Shown here: positions 42,801 through 64,000 of the stretch, piece after piece
How the letters are laid out: the number at the start of each line of letters is the position of its first letter
Position numbering within the stretch: the first letter of the stretch is position 1
Assembly: GCF_009914755.1 (NCBI RefSeq)
Contig: NC_060940.1
Direction: 5' to 3' (one strand)
Source: the human T2T-CHM13v2.0 reference genome, Homo sapiens
Length of the DNA stretch: 64,000 nucleotides
Program-made: the position numbers and the translations under genes
The notes under the pieces: generated by a model
What the model saw: only the letters and a program-made list of their open reading frames with translations
Database searches by the model: none
What the model was told of the DNA's origin: nothing

Positions 42801-44261
42801 CTAGATGTGAATTCACAGCATTCTTAATAAGTAGTACATTGTTTAAAAAAAAAAAAACTCTAAAATATTTCAATCAATTCATTTTAGAATAGATTTTTAG
42901 GCTTTTAGAAAGAGAACTGTGGCCCATGAGAATATTCATGACTCTGAATATAAAAATGGGTTTTACCTAATTATTTCAAAAAGCCAACATTAAACCCAAT
43001 AGACAACAAATTAAGGAAATAATCTCTTAAATCAACTCAGAAAGCTGTTGGGGAAAAATAAATTCTAGCACATATGCTCTAGTTATATGTAGGTATAAAT
43101 GAAGACGGAAGCTTTTGCCACTCCTGAATTAGTTTTTGGCTAAAAATCTCATTCTAGGTATTCTTTGAGCCACTCAGCTCAACAGTAAGTCCTCCAAACC
43201 AAGAGCATGCACATGAAGAGCAAAGGGAGATTACAAGACCTGGTCTACAGATGTGTAACTGAAGAAGTACGATATATGAAAAGGACAAGATTCGCAAAAA
43301 CTAGGATACTAGAACCAATCTATACATTTACCTAAAATTAAGCACCAAAATAACAGAAGAGAATGAGATCTTAAGGATAACAAGGGGAAGCATCTCTACA
43401 AACTAGAATGTGTGGCTTATGAGAGGTAGATCAGCTTTAAACGTGGGCTGTGAAAAAAGACATTCTAGGTGTGGGGGCAAAGAAAAAACAACACAGAAGC
43501 AAAACATTTCCTTGCTTTTCTAGGAAAGAGTAAACACATCAGTACAGCTAAAGGTACTGAATTCCTGTTGACTACAAGCAGCAAAGATGATAAAAACAAG
43601 ATGAGGCCAAAATCTTTATGGGAGCCTTGATTGGTTGATCTGAATAGGGGAGAAACACAAAGAGATTCAGATAAGAGATAGCACAGAGTTAAGCCATGAC
43701 AGTGGGGCCAGAAAAGCCAAGTACCAGTAACAGAGGCTTCAGCAGTGCTCTTAAAGCTCCTATGCTATATTCGTACAGCCACAAAAGCTGGCTGAAGCCA
43801 AGGCCTGTCCTCCAAAGTACGATTCAGATCTCCCGTACATATGTAAGAGGAAAATCTTTAGGAGCTTTTGGTGTTTTGTGTTTTTTTATAACACAACATC
43901 AATTTGCTTTAAGACTCTGAAGACTGGGAACAAAAAATAAAAATAAATAACAAAAAATGTCTTTAGAAAAATACCAGCTACCAAGAGTATGTAAAGCTTT
44001 GCGAAATACGAAGCTTGCAACGTTTCTTTTAGTCTCTCCAGTAATTCTCCTGGTAACTTAAATACATCTGAAATAAATGTTTAAAATACTGACTGAGCAC
44101 GGGGGCTCATGCCTATAATCCCAGCATTTGGGAGGCCGACGCGGGTGGATCACCAGTGGTCAGGAGTTTGAGACCAGCCTGGCCAACATGGTGAAACCCC
44201 GTCTCTACTAAAAATACAAAAATTAGCTGGGCATAGTGGCGGGCACCTGTAATTCCAGCTA

Positions 44262-44388
<127 letters not shown>

Positions 44389-44510
44389 TCAAAATATTGC
44401 AATGGGCTTGTAATTTCTGCTTAAATGTCAGGAGGTCTGAGCCATTTTAAAATAAATCTAGCACAATTTAAGATTTTTTCTTAACCAAAATTTTAAGAAA
44501 CAGCTTTCTA

Positions 44511-44678
<168 letters not shown>

Positions 44679-45476
44679 TTAAAAAAATATAAGAGGCTTG
44701 TTTTAAAAAGTATCCGGTTTTCAAGCAGCATACCCTAAAACATGTCCTATATCATAAAATTAAGACTGCTAAACATGCTGATCACGATTAACCAATACCT
44801 CTTTAATTAATACCTCTTTAATTTCTGCAAAAATTAACATGTAAATGTTATTTCCTTACTTTTTCAGTAAATTTCCTATCTATATTGTCACTACACATGA
44901 CTTAACACTAAAATGCCACAATCTACCATTGGCCTGGCTAATCCCAGGGCCACATCTAACCATTAAAGGTGTATACTTATCTCCTCAGTGAAAATGAAAC
45001 AGACCACTATCACCTGAATATCCTATTTTCAAAAGTTTATTACACCAAGTAAGTTACGAGAAACTATGACACTTGAAACAAGCTGAAATGTGCAAATGAG
45101 CCATGCTAGTCATTCACTTAACTCCAAAAAAATGGGAAACAAAACCATTTCTCATTTATGACAATTCTCCAAATTAACCCTATTTCCTTTTTTAAAAAAA
45201 TAACCAGAAAAACAATAAAATGTTACAAATAACTTGGATCTTCCATTGTCCACTTCAGGGTATTGCCACTGCAATATATTCTTACCATATACTTTTTCCT
45301 ACCAGTACAAACTACAAATAACTTGGGTAAGTCCTGTCTGTACTTATTCTACCCACCTACTAGTAATTTCTTCTGAAAATATATATTTAGCTAACAAGTA
45401 ATGTTCATTTACAATATAACATTTCTCTGAATTAGTTTTCTTGCATTATTAAAGAAATGTTATTGATAGATGGTCA

Positions 45477-45641
<165 letters not shown>

Positions 45642-45799
45642 TCATTTTAAGATATTACTGCCATTCACCTGTGGACCATTCCACAGCAAAAGATCCTAAA
45701 AGGAGCATCTATGTTCTACCTACTCAACATTCTAGAAACTTAGAAAGGGGAGAGGGGCAGGAAAATAAAAGAACTACATTTCTGACAACAATGAAATAG

Positions 45800-45805
45800 T
45801 TTATT
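45800..45805 (-). terminator. Candidate distal poly(A) signal for a long EXOSC6 3'UTR
   Basis: AATAAA on the minus strand followed by U/GU-rich sequence (tttcattgttgtc). The position agrees with my recollection of a ~5-kb EXOSC6 isoform. Confidence 0.5.
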
Positions 45806-45999
45806 TTCTTCAAATATTTTAAGGTACGAACGTCAGAAATAAAAATGCAGCATTTAACCCTGGAACCTCAAATATCACTGATTATACTCAAAGGAGCAGA
45901 GGCATTGTTTTCCATCTGATTCCTCAGTTCCTCACACACACAACCATCCCCCTCACCCCATGATCTGAAAAGCGAAATGAGGAATTCACCCTAAAATTA

Positions 46000-49973
<3,974 letters not shown>

Positions 49974-49979
49974 AGGAAT

Positions 49980-51080
49980 TCTCGACGCAAACTGGAGGCC
50001 GATGGCGCGGGTCTTTTCGTGGACGGCGGCAGCACGGTCCTCGGCTTGCGTCCGTAGTTGCTCAGGCTTCTGGTTCAGGGCTGGGCGGCGGCGCCCCTGC
50101 GGCGGGCGGCCCGCACCAGGCTCTGCTGCAGCACGGGGTAGAGGCGCTGGCAGCCCTCGAGGCCCAGGCGTACGGCCTCCGCCCAGCTCTCTGTCAGGCC
50201 GCCCTCGCCGCTGCCCAGCAGCCCGGCCACCTGATTCAGCACAGGCATGAGCGCCACGGTGAGGCCGGCGGCGGCGCGCTCTTCCTCGAGCCGCGTGGGG
50301 TCCAGGAGCCAGGTGGGCGCGGGCCCCGGCGCGAGGCTGAGGCCGCAGCCCACCACCAGGTCGTACATCTCCACGCCCGCGTCGGCCAGGGCGAGCGCGG
50401 CGGCGGTGAGCGCGGCGGCCAGGGCCGAGCCACCGTCCTCCAGCAGCAGCGCCGACACCTCGAGCTGCGCGCGCGGGTAGCGGCCCAGGCGCACAGCCGG
50501 CTCCAGCGCCTCCTGCAGCGCCAGCGCCAGCTCACGCTCCTCGCAGCCGCCCGGGGGAGCGCGGCGCCGGCGGCCCGCGAAGGGTGCGCGGCGGAAGTCG
50601 CAGAGCAGGCGACCGCGCAGCGCGGCCGGGGCCTCGCCGCCTGCTCCGGCCGGGCCGCCGCCGCGCTCGCCGCCCTCGGCCTGTCGCGGGCCCGACACGG
50701 CACACAGCACCTTGGTGCCTCCCGCCTCCAGGTAGGCCGAGCCCTTGGCCTGGCTCAGCAGCCCGGCGCGCGCGTACACGGGCCGTAGCCGCGTTGGGTC
50801 GCGGGTGCCGGGCGCCTCCTCCTCGTCGGCCGCGTACAGCTGCGGCGGCTGCGATTCTTCAGGGCCGCGGATGCGGCGGTGATCCCCAGGCATGGCGGTT
50901 CTTGGCGTGCGAACCCCTTCCGCCCAACGCCCTGCCGCATCCACTGGTTCTTCCGTTGTTTAAAGACGCGCGGCTGCGCATGGGCTGTCGGGAGAGCGGC
51001 GGGAGGCACTACAGCGCCCCTGGAGGCCCGGAGGGAGAACGGCCCGGTCCCAGTTGTGCAGGGTAGCCGGATCCATCCAT
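49980..51080. promoter_or_regulatory. CpG island spanning the EXOSC6 promoter and CDS
   Basis: Very high GC and CpG density versus flanks; ETS-like cttccg motifs near 50917 and 50950. Confidence 0.85.
50075..50893 (-). CDS. EXOSC6: Exosome complex component MTR3 (RNase PH-like ring subunit), intronless, 272 aa
   Basis: [19 protein letters not shown]...[19 protein letters not shown]...[23 protein letters not shown]...RRRGAAAQP*; accgccATG Kozak context; 819 nt. Confidence 0.97.
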   Translation of the reverse strand: MPGDHRRIRGPEESQPPQLYAADEEEAPGTRDPTRLRPVYARAGLLSQAKGSAYLEAGGTKVLCAVSGPRQAEGGERGGGPAGAGGEAPAALRGRLLCDFRRAPFAGRRRRAPPGGCEERELALALQEALEPAVRLGRYPRAQLEVSALLLEDGGSALAAALTAAALALADAGVEMYDLVVGCGLSLAPGPAPTWLLDPTRLEEERAAAGLTVALMPVLNQVAGLLGSGEGGLTESWAEAVRLGLEGCQRLYPVLQQSLVRAARRRGAAAQP

Positions 51081-51398
51081 CTTGCTGGAAGGGAGGGGGG
51101 AGAGCAGCTCCAAGAAAGGCTTCTCTGCTTCCAACTACCTCCACCCCTCATCTACTGAATTATGAACGCCTTGCTCCAAGTCACCCCACCTATTTGGCCT
51201 CCACCTCCACAGACGTTTGAGGCAGCCCTAGGGGCTGTTCCCAAAATTTTGGGTTCTGGGGCTGGACTAGGTGAACACCACAGCAGCCAGCAGGAGCCAC
51301 AGCATTTATTCTACAGACGCCAAAGGCTGTCAAAAGAGCCAGCCCCTATTGGGAAGAGGGATAGAGATCATGCGGCATTAAGTATTGCACGTGGTCCT

Positions 51399-51404
51399 TT
51401 TATT
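51399..51404 (-). terminator. AARS1: AARS1 poly(A) signal
   Basis: AATAAA on the minus strand ~310 nt after the stop codon. Confidence 0.8.
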
Positions 51405-51713
51405 CTCTGCAGCAAAAACGATTCCTACTTGCTGACGCGGAAAGCTCAGGTCTGGAGAGCCGTTATCTATAGATGCGAGCGTGACGATCAACAGCAATGC
51501 GGGGTTAGTGGTTCTAGACCGATGGCACTGACGTGGAGGGCTCAGGGCAGAAATTTAAGGGGCACTGAGACATAGGACTGCTCCCAAGTGTGTTCCAGTT
51601 ACTGCTGGGTTAGGAGGGGCTCTTTAAAGGTCCCAAGATTCAAATGTTCTTGTAGCAGATGAAGAGCTCTTGGCTGGACGGATGGATCCAGTGGGAGCCT
51701 CCTCCTTCCCCAC

Positions 51714-51899
<186 letters not shown>

Positions 51900-52209
51900 C
51901 TAGAAGACAGGAAGGGAAGGGGGAGTCAGCACAGAAGATGGGATTGAGGGAGGAATGCAGGGAAAGAAAGGATGGAGGAGCCATCACCCACTCCTTGCCC
52001 TGGGTGATACTGCTGGAGGCCGAGACAGACTTTACGGCTGGTACAGGGGGCGGCCATGGCCACTGCCAGGACAGGACAGAGTGGCAAAGCCAGGTATCAA
52101 CCAGATGTCTTCACCAATAAGAAGGCCTGGGTAAGGGGTACTGGCAAAGGTAACCAACCGGTGGGCAGAAAGGCTGTTTCGAATGCAGGCTGTACACACA
52201 CAGGCCTCA

Positions 52210-52392
<183 letters not shown>

Positions 52393-52631
52393 TCAGGCCA
52401 CGGTGCTGGAGCAGGGACCCTCACTAGTGTGAGCATTTGCAGCCCTCAGAAGGCCTGCCACCCACCCCTACCCCTTCCCAGAGCAGGGGCTGTGCCCAGG
52501 GCCTGTGGGGAGGACCCCAGCGCCGGGCCCTGCCCCTACCCTGGCCCAGGTATGCCTCCCACATGCAGGGAGCTGCTGCTCCTCCCAATCTCAATCCCAG
52601 ACCGTGGGCCCTTAGGCAACCACTTCGCTCA

Positions 52632-53343
<712 letters not shown>

Positions 53344-53613
53344 TTAGCCCATTCCCCAAATCCCTCCACCCCAGTGCCCATACATGCTTGGGAAGAGCTC
53401 TCCTGCTAGCAGCACTGGGAGCAGCAGGGAATGTCCAGGGTCCAAGGACAGGATCCATGGGGTCCCTGCTACAAGGCTACAGGACAACAGAAGTCAGCCC
53501 AAAGGCCCATTCCACCAAGAACCAGGGCCTGACTGACTACAGATGATTTCCTGAAGACGGGGCATGTTTCATGCACCAGGCCCTGAGGACGGAGGGAGGG
53601 AAGCCGCCCCTAC

Positions 53614-53727
53614 CTCTCCAAGGTCAGCGATCTCCCTCTGCACATCCTTGTTTGGAGCAGTCTGAGCCTTCACTTTGGCTTCCATGACAGAGAGACATTT
53701 CTTCAAGCTCTCTGCTTTCCTGAGGGC
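53614..53727 (-). CDS. AARS1: AARS1 exon 17
   Basis: [38 protein letters not shown]; AG/GT; 114 nt. Confidence 0.95.
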
Positions 53728-54011
53728 CTGGGAGGGGACACCGGGTCAACCCCAAGCAGGAGGTCTGAGTCAGACTCACTATCCTGTGTCTGAGCAGCTG
53801 CGGAAGCCCCGGCGGTAGGCCTTGCAGCAACATACCCCAACACCCCAAAAGTGTCTGTGGGGAGTAGGTGCTGGCAGCCCCAGGCCCCAGCAAGGAGCAC
53901 AGTGCTCACAGGCCCATTGGCAAAGGCTGCACCCAACTCAGACTCAGGGGTGATCAAGCTCGAGAATCAGGAGCCCCTTCCCCCAGGAAGTGGCCACCCC
54001 TGGGGCTTTAG

Positions 54012-54425
<414 letters not shown>

Positions 54426-54655
54426 TAGTGATCCACCCGCCTCGGCCTCCCAAAGTGCTGGGATTACAGGCGTGAGCCACTGCGTCCGGCCTGATTCACA
54501 TATATTTTAAAAGACTAAACATAGGAAAGCTAGGAGATCTTGTGTGGTGGCAGGTTTCTTCTGCCACTCAGGGGTAGGACACTGGGGCAGGGGGAGTGGC
54601 CCAGCCTGTACTTTCACTCTGACTGCAGCAGCCACGCAGAGCAGTGTTTGCTCTA

Positions 54656-54895
<240 letters not shown>

Positions 54896-56136
54896 CTAGC
54901 GGACAAGAGAAGCAGGAATGGGTTGACAGTCAGGGAAAGCCTGGGCTTGAGAGTATTCTGACACCAAGCGGGACACCAGCTCGCTGAGCCTGAGTGTTCT
55001 CAGTTCTCAAATGGGGATGATTCTCCCCACACAGTTGCTGTGAAAATCAAATGAGGTAAACATGAAAGTGCTTTGTGGTCCCTAATATCCAATACAGTCT
55101 TACCCTTAGGCTCTACGTGACAGTTTTGGTCTTGTAGTGGAACTTAAGCTCCATTTTTGTATTCTGCTCACTAGGTGACAATTTTGGAGGATTACTTTTA
55201 AAATCTTACCACAACCCCTTAAACAGGCTTTATTTCTCAGTTCAGAGAACCTCAAATGTTCATTAATTCATCCTCATTCTTTGAAGATAGTATAGTTTTT
55301 TTTGTTTGTTTGTTTTGAGACAGAGTCCTGTTCTGTTGTTCAGGCTGGAGTGCAATGGTGTGATCTTGGCTCACCACAACCTCTGCCTCCCAGTTTCAAA
55401 TGATTCTCTTGCCTCAGCCACCCAAGTAGCTTGGATACAGGTGCCCGCCACCACTCCTAATTTTTGTATTTTTAGTACAGACAGGTTTTCACCATGTTGC
55501 ACAGGCTGGTCTTGAACTCCTGACCTCAAGTGATCTGCCTGCCTCAGCCTCCCTAAGTGCTGGGATTAAAGGCATGAGGCAACATACCCAACCCTTGGTA
55601 TAAAGTTTTTGAAAGCTGTTTCCTGTAGTCTAAAGGGTATGAGCAAACAGGTAATCAGGCAAAGTGGGACTCGTTTGAAGGCCCAATTCAGCTGGGCAGA
55701 AAAGCCTTGAACTCAATCCCCCAGGCCCCTATCCTACTCTCTGCACATCCTACTTGCTCCCTGCCTGCCAGAGGCCTGCAGGAGACCCTGGAGGGTCTCA
55801 ACCATGACATTAAGAATGTTCTTTTCAGCCGGGCGTGGTGGCTCACACCTGTAATCTCAGCACTTTGGGAGGCTGAGGCGGGTGGGTCACCTGAGATCAG
55901 GAGTTCAAGACCAGCCTGACCAACGTGGAGAAACCCCCTCTCTACTAAAAATACAAAATTAGGCCAGGCACGGTGGCTCACACCTGTAATCCCAGCACTT
56001 TGGGAGGCTGAGGTGGGTGGCTCACGAGGTCAGAAGATGGAGACCATCCTGGCTAACAGGGTGAAACCCCATCTCTACTAAAAATACAAAAAATTAGCTG
56101 GGCGTGGTGGTGTGTGCCTGTAGTCCCAGCTACTCA

Positions 56137-56235
<99 letters not shown>

Positions 56236-57025
56236 TCAAAAAAAAAAAAAGAATGTTCTCTTCATGGCTGGGCATGGGGGCACATGCCTATAGTCCCAGC
56301 TACTTGGGAGGCTGAGGCATGAGAATCGAAGCCAGGAGGTAGAGGTTGCAATGAGCCGAGACTGTGCCACTACACTCCACCCTGCGGGACAGAGCAAGAC
56401 TCCACTTCAAAAAAACAAACAAAAAAAACCACAATTCTTTTCACAAGGCTTCATTTGGAAGCAGAAACTTTCCAGGCCACCATGACCTTCCCAAAAAGGC
56501 CCAGAGAGATACAGAGGAATCCAAATTGGCAGAAGTGGCTATCCCAAGCCAAACTGAGCTGAGTCAACCACGTGGCCTGCTCGGGGGCTCTGAGACAATG
56601 GAGCTACATTCCCCAGATGCCGCCCAAGCTGTCAAAGGAAATTAGGTGAGATACCAGGAATGGGAAGGGCTAGGCCCACATCAAGAGCTCAACAAGCACT
56701 CCAGGCCTTGCTGAATCCCAAATTCACACAAGCCTTCTTGCTAGTTTCAGCCCAGCAAACAACAGCAAGCAACTGTGTGGTAATGTGAATACAATGTTTT
56801 CCCCCTTTTCCTCCTGGGAATGTTTCGTCAGGAAATGTTACCTTCAGATACAGGGATCTAATGAGCATGCTAGGATGCTGAGATTCTTGGGAACGCTATT
56901 TAGCAACGGCATTTCTGAGGACTTCACTTCAACCTTAGACAGACAAGAGTTGGTCCAGCCTAAGACCTACATCCTCAGAGGATGAAGGTAGATGACCTGT
57001 CTACTCTGCCCCTCTGCAGTACTCA

Positions 57026-57349
<324 letters not shown>

Positions 57350-57443
57350 TCACACGCCACGTGCAAAGTCAAGGGCATCAGTATGGGAATTTCCAACTAT
57401 TTTGTTAAACTGTGGACCAAATCTCATATGTGAACAGACTTAA

Positions 57444-57683
<240 letters not shown>

Positions 57684-57725
57684 TGAGTAGCTGGGACTAC
57701 AGGTGCCCGCCACCACGCCCGGCTA

Positions 57726-58226
<501 letters not shown>

Positions 58227-58786
58227 TTATCTCCTCGTTATCTGCTCCCCCGAGTGCTACAATTTTTAGTTGGAAATATGGCTGTGCAGAATAAAGGTTA
58301 CATTTCCCAGCTTCCCTATGGCTAAGTGTGTCCATGTGACTAAGTTCGGGTCAAAAGGTTTTGAACAGAAGTGATGTCTACCATTAAAGGGATGGGGCAG
58401 GTCCTCCCATTTCTTTTCCACCGCCTAGAACAGGAATTGCCAAATGACGGCCGATGGCTAAATCTAGCCTGTCATCTGTCTTTTCATTTTTAGAGACAGG
58501 GTCTTGCTCTGTCACCCAGGATAGAGTACAGCGGCGCGATTGTAGCTCAGTGCCACCTCAAACTCCTGGGCTCAAGTGATCCTCTTGCCTCAGCCTCCCA
58601 AGTAGCTGGGACTACAGGCACACACCACTACCCCCAACTAATATTTTTTATTTTTTTGTAGAGATGGGGTCTCATGTTGTTGCCCAGGCTGGGTCTCAAA
58701 CTCTTGGCCTCAAGCAATCCTCCCACCTCAGCCTCCCCAAATGTATGTGTTTATAAATTTTTATAAACAGTTTTTTTTTTTTATAA

Positions 58787-58888
<102 letters not shown>

Positions 58889-59610
58889 TGAGTAGCTGGG
58901 ATTACAGGCATGCACCACCACACCCGGCTAATTTTGTATTTTTAGTAGAGACAGGGTTTCTCCATGTTGGTCAGGCTGGTCTCGAACTCCCGACCTCAGG
59001 TGATCTGCTCGCCTCGGCCTCCCAAAGTGCCGGGATTACAGGCATGAGCCACTGTGCCCAGCCATAAACAGGTTTATTGGAACACAGCCACACCTGTTCA
59101 TTTACATATGGTCAATGGCTGCTTGAACACTCCAACTATAGAGCTGAGTACTCATCACCAGGAACATGTGGTCAGCAAAGCCAAAAATATTTAGTATCCA
59201 GTTATTTACACAAAGTTTGCCAACCCCTGGCCTAGACAATGGATCTGATAGCTATCCTCTGAACCAGGAAATCAAAGGCAATGCCCCAGGAAAGAAGGTG
59301 GAGTGACAGGTGAGGAGAAACCAGGCCCTCTGACTGTGGGGCAGAGCCTCCGTATCAGCTTGAGCTTTTTAGAACATACACTGCTATCCTGGTTTTAAGC
59401 TACTCTTACTCTGGAGCTCTGTCACATGCCAGAGCCTACCTCTTCATTCTTCAGCATCCTTGGCTCCCAAAGAAGTAGGTGACGTTAGAAAAGCAATCCG
59501 TGAAAACAAGTCCACGGGATCTTAACTGAAATCACTGGTGAAATCACTGACTTGGGAACATATAGATTAACTCTTAGTTGCATCCCTCACAATCCACCAA
59601 ATGCACCTAA

Positions 59611-59859
<249 letters not shown>

Positions 59860-59999
59860 TAGCCAGGATGGTCTCGATCTCCTGACCTCATGATCCACCC
59901 GCCTCGGCCTCCCAAAGTGCTGGGATTACAAGTGTGAGCCACCACACCCGGCCCAACAGTGACAGGACAATTTAAAGCCAGAGGAGAAGATAATTACTA

Positions 60000-60149
<150 letters not shown>

Positions 60150-60611
60150 CTAAGAGGGGTCAAGGAAGAGACCAATAAATAAATCCTTAAAAACATACAA
60201 ATTTTCTTATATTTTCAATATAAACTCGTGTATATAACTTCTCTTTACATATGTAAATTGCACACACACACATACTCCCTTAATATCATTAAATATGATT
60301 AAATAGGCCAGGTGCAGTGGCTCATGACTGTAATCCCAGCACTTTGGGAGGCTCAGGTGAGTAGATCACCTGAGGCCAGGAGTTCGAGACCAGCTTGGCC
60401 AACATGGTGAAATCCCATCTCTACTAAAAAAATACAAAAATTAGCCAGGCGTGAAGGCAAGTGCCTATAATTCCACCTACTCAGGAGGCAGAGGCAGGAG
60501 AATCGCTTGAACCCGGAAGGCAGAGGTTACAGTGAGCCAAGATCATGCCACTGCACTCCAGCCTTGGCTACAGAGCGAGACTCCATCTCAAAAAAAAAAA
60601 AAAAAAATTAA

Positions 60612-60968
<357 letters not shown>

Positions 60969-61338
60969 TGAGTATCTAAAAGCCTCCATAAGGAACCTGA
61001 AGCCTAGGGAGACAAAGTAACTCATTCAGCAGCGGCAGAGCTCGAGGCTGAGTTTTCTACAAGGACATCTCCCCTTCAGAGAGCTGCCTCTCCTTTTTAA
61101 TGTGCAAAGCTTGTAGGAAACTTGTACCCTGGCTGCAAAAATACTCCTACGAGGGTACCCGATGGCCAGGAAAGCAACAGGTACAAGCAACAGCTCCCTC
61201 GGCTTCAGAAATACCATGGAACCCAACCCAAAGGTGTGTCAGGTCTGCTCCCAAGGCCTGGAGCACTGTGGGGCAAAAGCAGCTCCCCGGCTCCACGCCT
61301 GGCCCTCCTCGGCTAACAAGGAAGAACTGTTGGCTCAC

Positions 61339-61517
61339 ATCTTCACTGCTGTCATCCACCTTCACCAGGTAGCCTTCGTCATAGATCTGGCCTCCTTGCT
61401 CAGCATAGAAACAGGTCTTGTCCAGCACCACTCCACACTCCTGGCCTGTGGACACCTCTTCCACGAACATCTTCTCCCTGCGCAGAGCCATCACCGTAGC
61501 CACTGTGTTCTCAAATA
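61339..61517 (-). CDS. AARS1: AARS1 exon 12
   Basis: [59 protein letters not shown]; AG/GT; 179 nt. Confidence 0.96.
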
Positions 61518-61795
61518 CTGCTCAAGGGAAATGCATAGAAAGGGGACAGTGGGGTCAATGACCTTTTCACTCCTTCTTGGCTGACTTTTGCTGGATTCTC
61601 TTTCGCAAACTCTTCTTAGCTCCTAATTGTCCAATTGTATTTTGGAAGCAAACTCATTAGACAATATGAAAGGGCTTCGCGGCCGGGCGCGGTGGCTCCC
61701 CCTATAATCCCAGCACTTTGGGAGGTCGAGGCAGGCGGATCACGGGGTCAAGAGATCGAGACCATCCTGGCTAACACGCTGAAACCCTGTCTCTA

Positions 61796-62142
<347 letters not shown>

Positions 62143-63027
62143 ACTCTGAGCTACTGAACAGAAACTTGGTGCATCAGATTAGTAGATCTTTAAGAGTAGT
62201 AATAAATTCCCTAGTCCAAGGTCAACTCACAAAGAATGTACTCATTTTGTAGGCTTGCTTGAATAGATTTAGGTGTAAGATTGTTCTCAGCCGGGCACGG
62301 TGGCTCACACCTGTCATCCTGGCACTTTGTGAGGCTGAGACGGGTGGATAACCTGAGCTCAGCAGTTTGAGACCAGCCTGGCCAACACGGTGAAACCCCG
62401 TGTCCACTACAATACAAAAATTAGCCAGGTGTGGTGGCACATGCCTGTAATCCCAGTTAATTGGGAGGCTGAGGCAGGAGAATCACTTCAAGCTGGGAGG
62501 CAGAAGTTGCAGTGAGCCGAGAATGCGCCACTGCACTCCAGCCTGGGTGACAGAGCGAAACTCCATCTCAAAAAAAAAAAAAAGATTGTTCTCTACCAGG
62601 GCAAAAAAGCTGCAAAAACATGTATTGCCAATTTATTTTTATGTTTTTTTTGAGACAGGGTCTTACTCTGTAGCCCAGGCTGGAGTGCAGTGGCACAAAT
62701 ATGGCTGACTGCAGCCTCTCAATCTCCCAGGCTCAAGTGATCCTCCTGCCTCAGCCCCACAAATAGCTGGGACTACAGGCATGCGCCACCACACCTAGCT
62801 AATTTTTGTATTTCTGGTAGAGACAGGGTTTCGCCATGTTGCCCAGACTGGTCTCAAACACCAGAGCTCAACTGATCAGCCCACCCTGGCATCCCGAAGT
62901 GCTGGGATTACAGGCATGAGTCATTGCACTGGCTTTGTTTCTTAACTTTAGAATACTATTATCCGGTCGGGCGAGATGGCTTACGCCTGTAATCCCAGCA
63001 CTTTGGGAGGCCAAGGCAGGCAGATCA

Positions 63028-63261
<234 letters not shown>

Positions 63262-63301
63262 CTATTAGGATAATAGCATTCTAACAGCATTAGGATAATA
63301 G

Positions 63302-63628
<327 letters not shown>

Positions 63629-63956
63629 TGATAGTCACTGTGGATTGTATCAATGTCAATTGCCCAGTTTCCTGCATGATGTTACAATTAGGGGAAACTG
63701 GATAAAAGGGTGTGAGACCCTTCCTACAAATTTTTTTTTTTTACAACTTCCTGTGACAATAATTATTTCAAAATAGAGTTAAGAAAACCTCCAGCCAAGG
63801 GTGCCTATGTGTATAAAAGTGCATAGCGTGACTGTACGGCACTCCAGGAGAGGCTGTCAGCAGTCTGCTGGAGAGCTAATCTTGAGAAACAATCTTTCAA
63901 ATACCCCCCAGATACGGGGCAGAATGCTCAGATGTGGAAGGAGCACAGCAACATAC

Positions 63957-64000
63957 CATAGCTACCACTGGAGTCCAAATGGTAATTGTACTTTGGGGAA
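63957..64000 (-). CDS. AARS1: AARS1 exon 11, 3' part (runs off the window)
   Basis: ...PKYNYHLDSSGSY|gtatgt; phase matches exon 12. Confidence 0.9.

Noticed and set aside
50894-50944. 17-aa N-terminal extension of EXOSC6 in the ORF track
   Set aside because: Starts at GTG; the ATG at 50893 has a good Kozak context and gives the known 272-aa protein

Overview
Alu-dense primate genomic DNA, most likely human 16q22.1. The gene order (SMG1 pseudogene, EXOSC6, AARS1) and an SVA that reads like the human-specific SVA_F support this. The right ~14 kb holds the 3' half of AARS1 (11 coding exons, minus strand) and, ~0.5 kb downstream, the intronless EXOSC6 gene in a CpG island. The left ~49 kb is a segmental-duplication mosaic: one orphan PLA2G10 exon; a TSD-less SVA; nested ERVL/THE1/MER41/L1/HERV-H LTR7 elements; and a promoter-less, intron-containing SMG1 pseudogene fragment (SMG1P7; 20 recognisable exons, roughly exons 8-29) with a second SVA in sense orientation. 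No prokaryotic-type system, CRISPR array, tRNA or rRNA was seen. The best candidate for an undescribed system is an inferred, untested read-through unit, EXOSC6 long 3'UTR into SMG1P7. It comprises an orphan splice donor competing with a distal poly(A) signal, a retained 653-codon spliced ORF of SMG1 N-terminal sequence, and a sense SVA poly(A) site that could let that ORF escape NMD. Parent-gene sequences, exon numbers and repeat subfamily names are from memory and need alignment to confirm.
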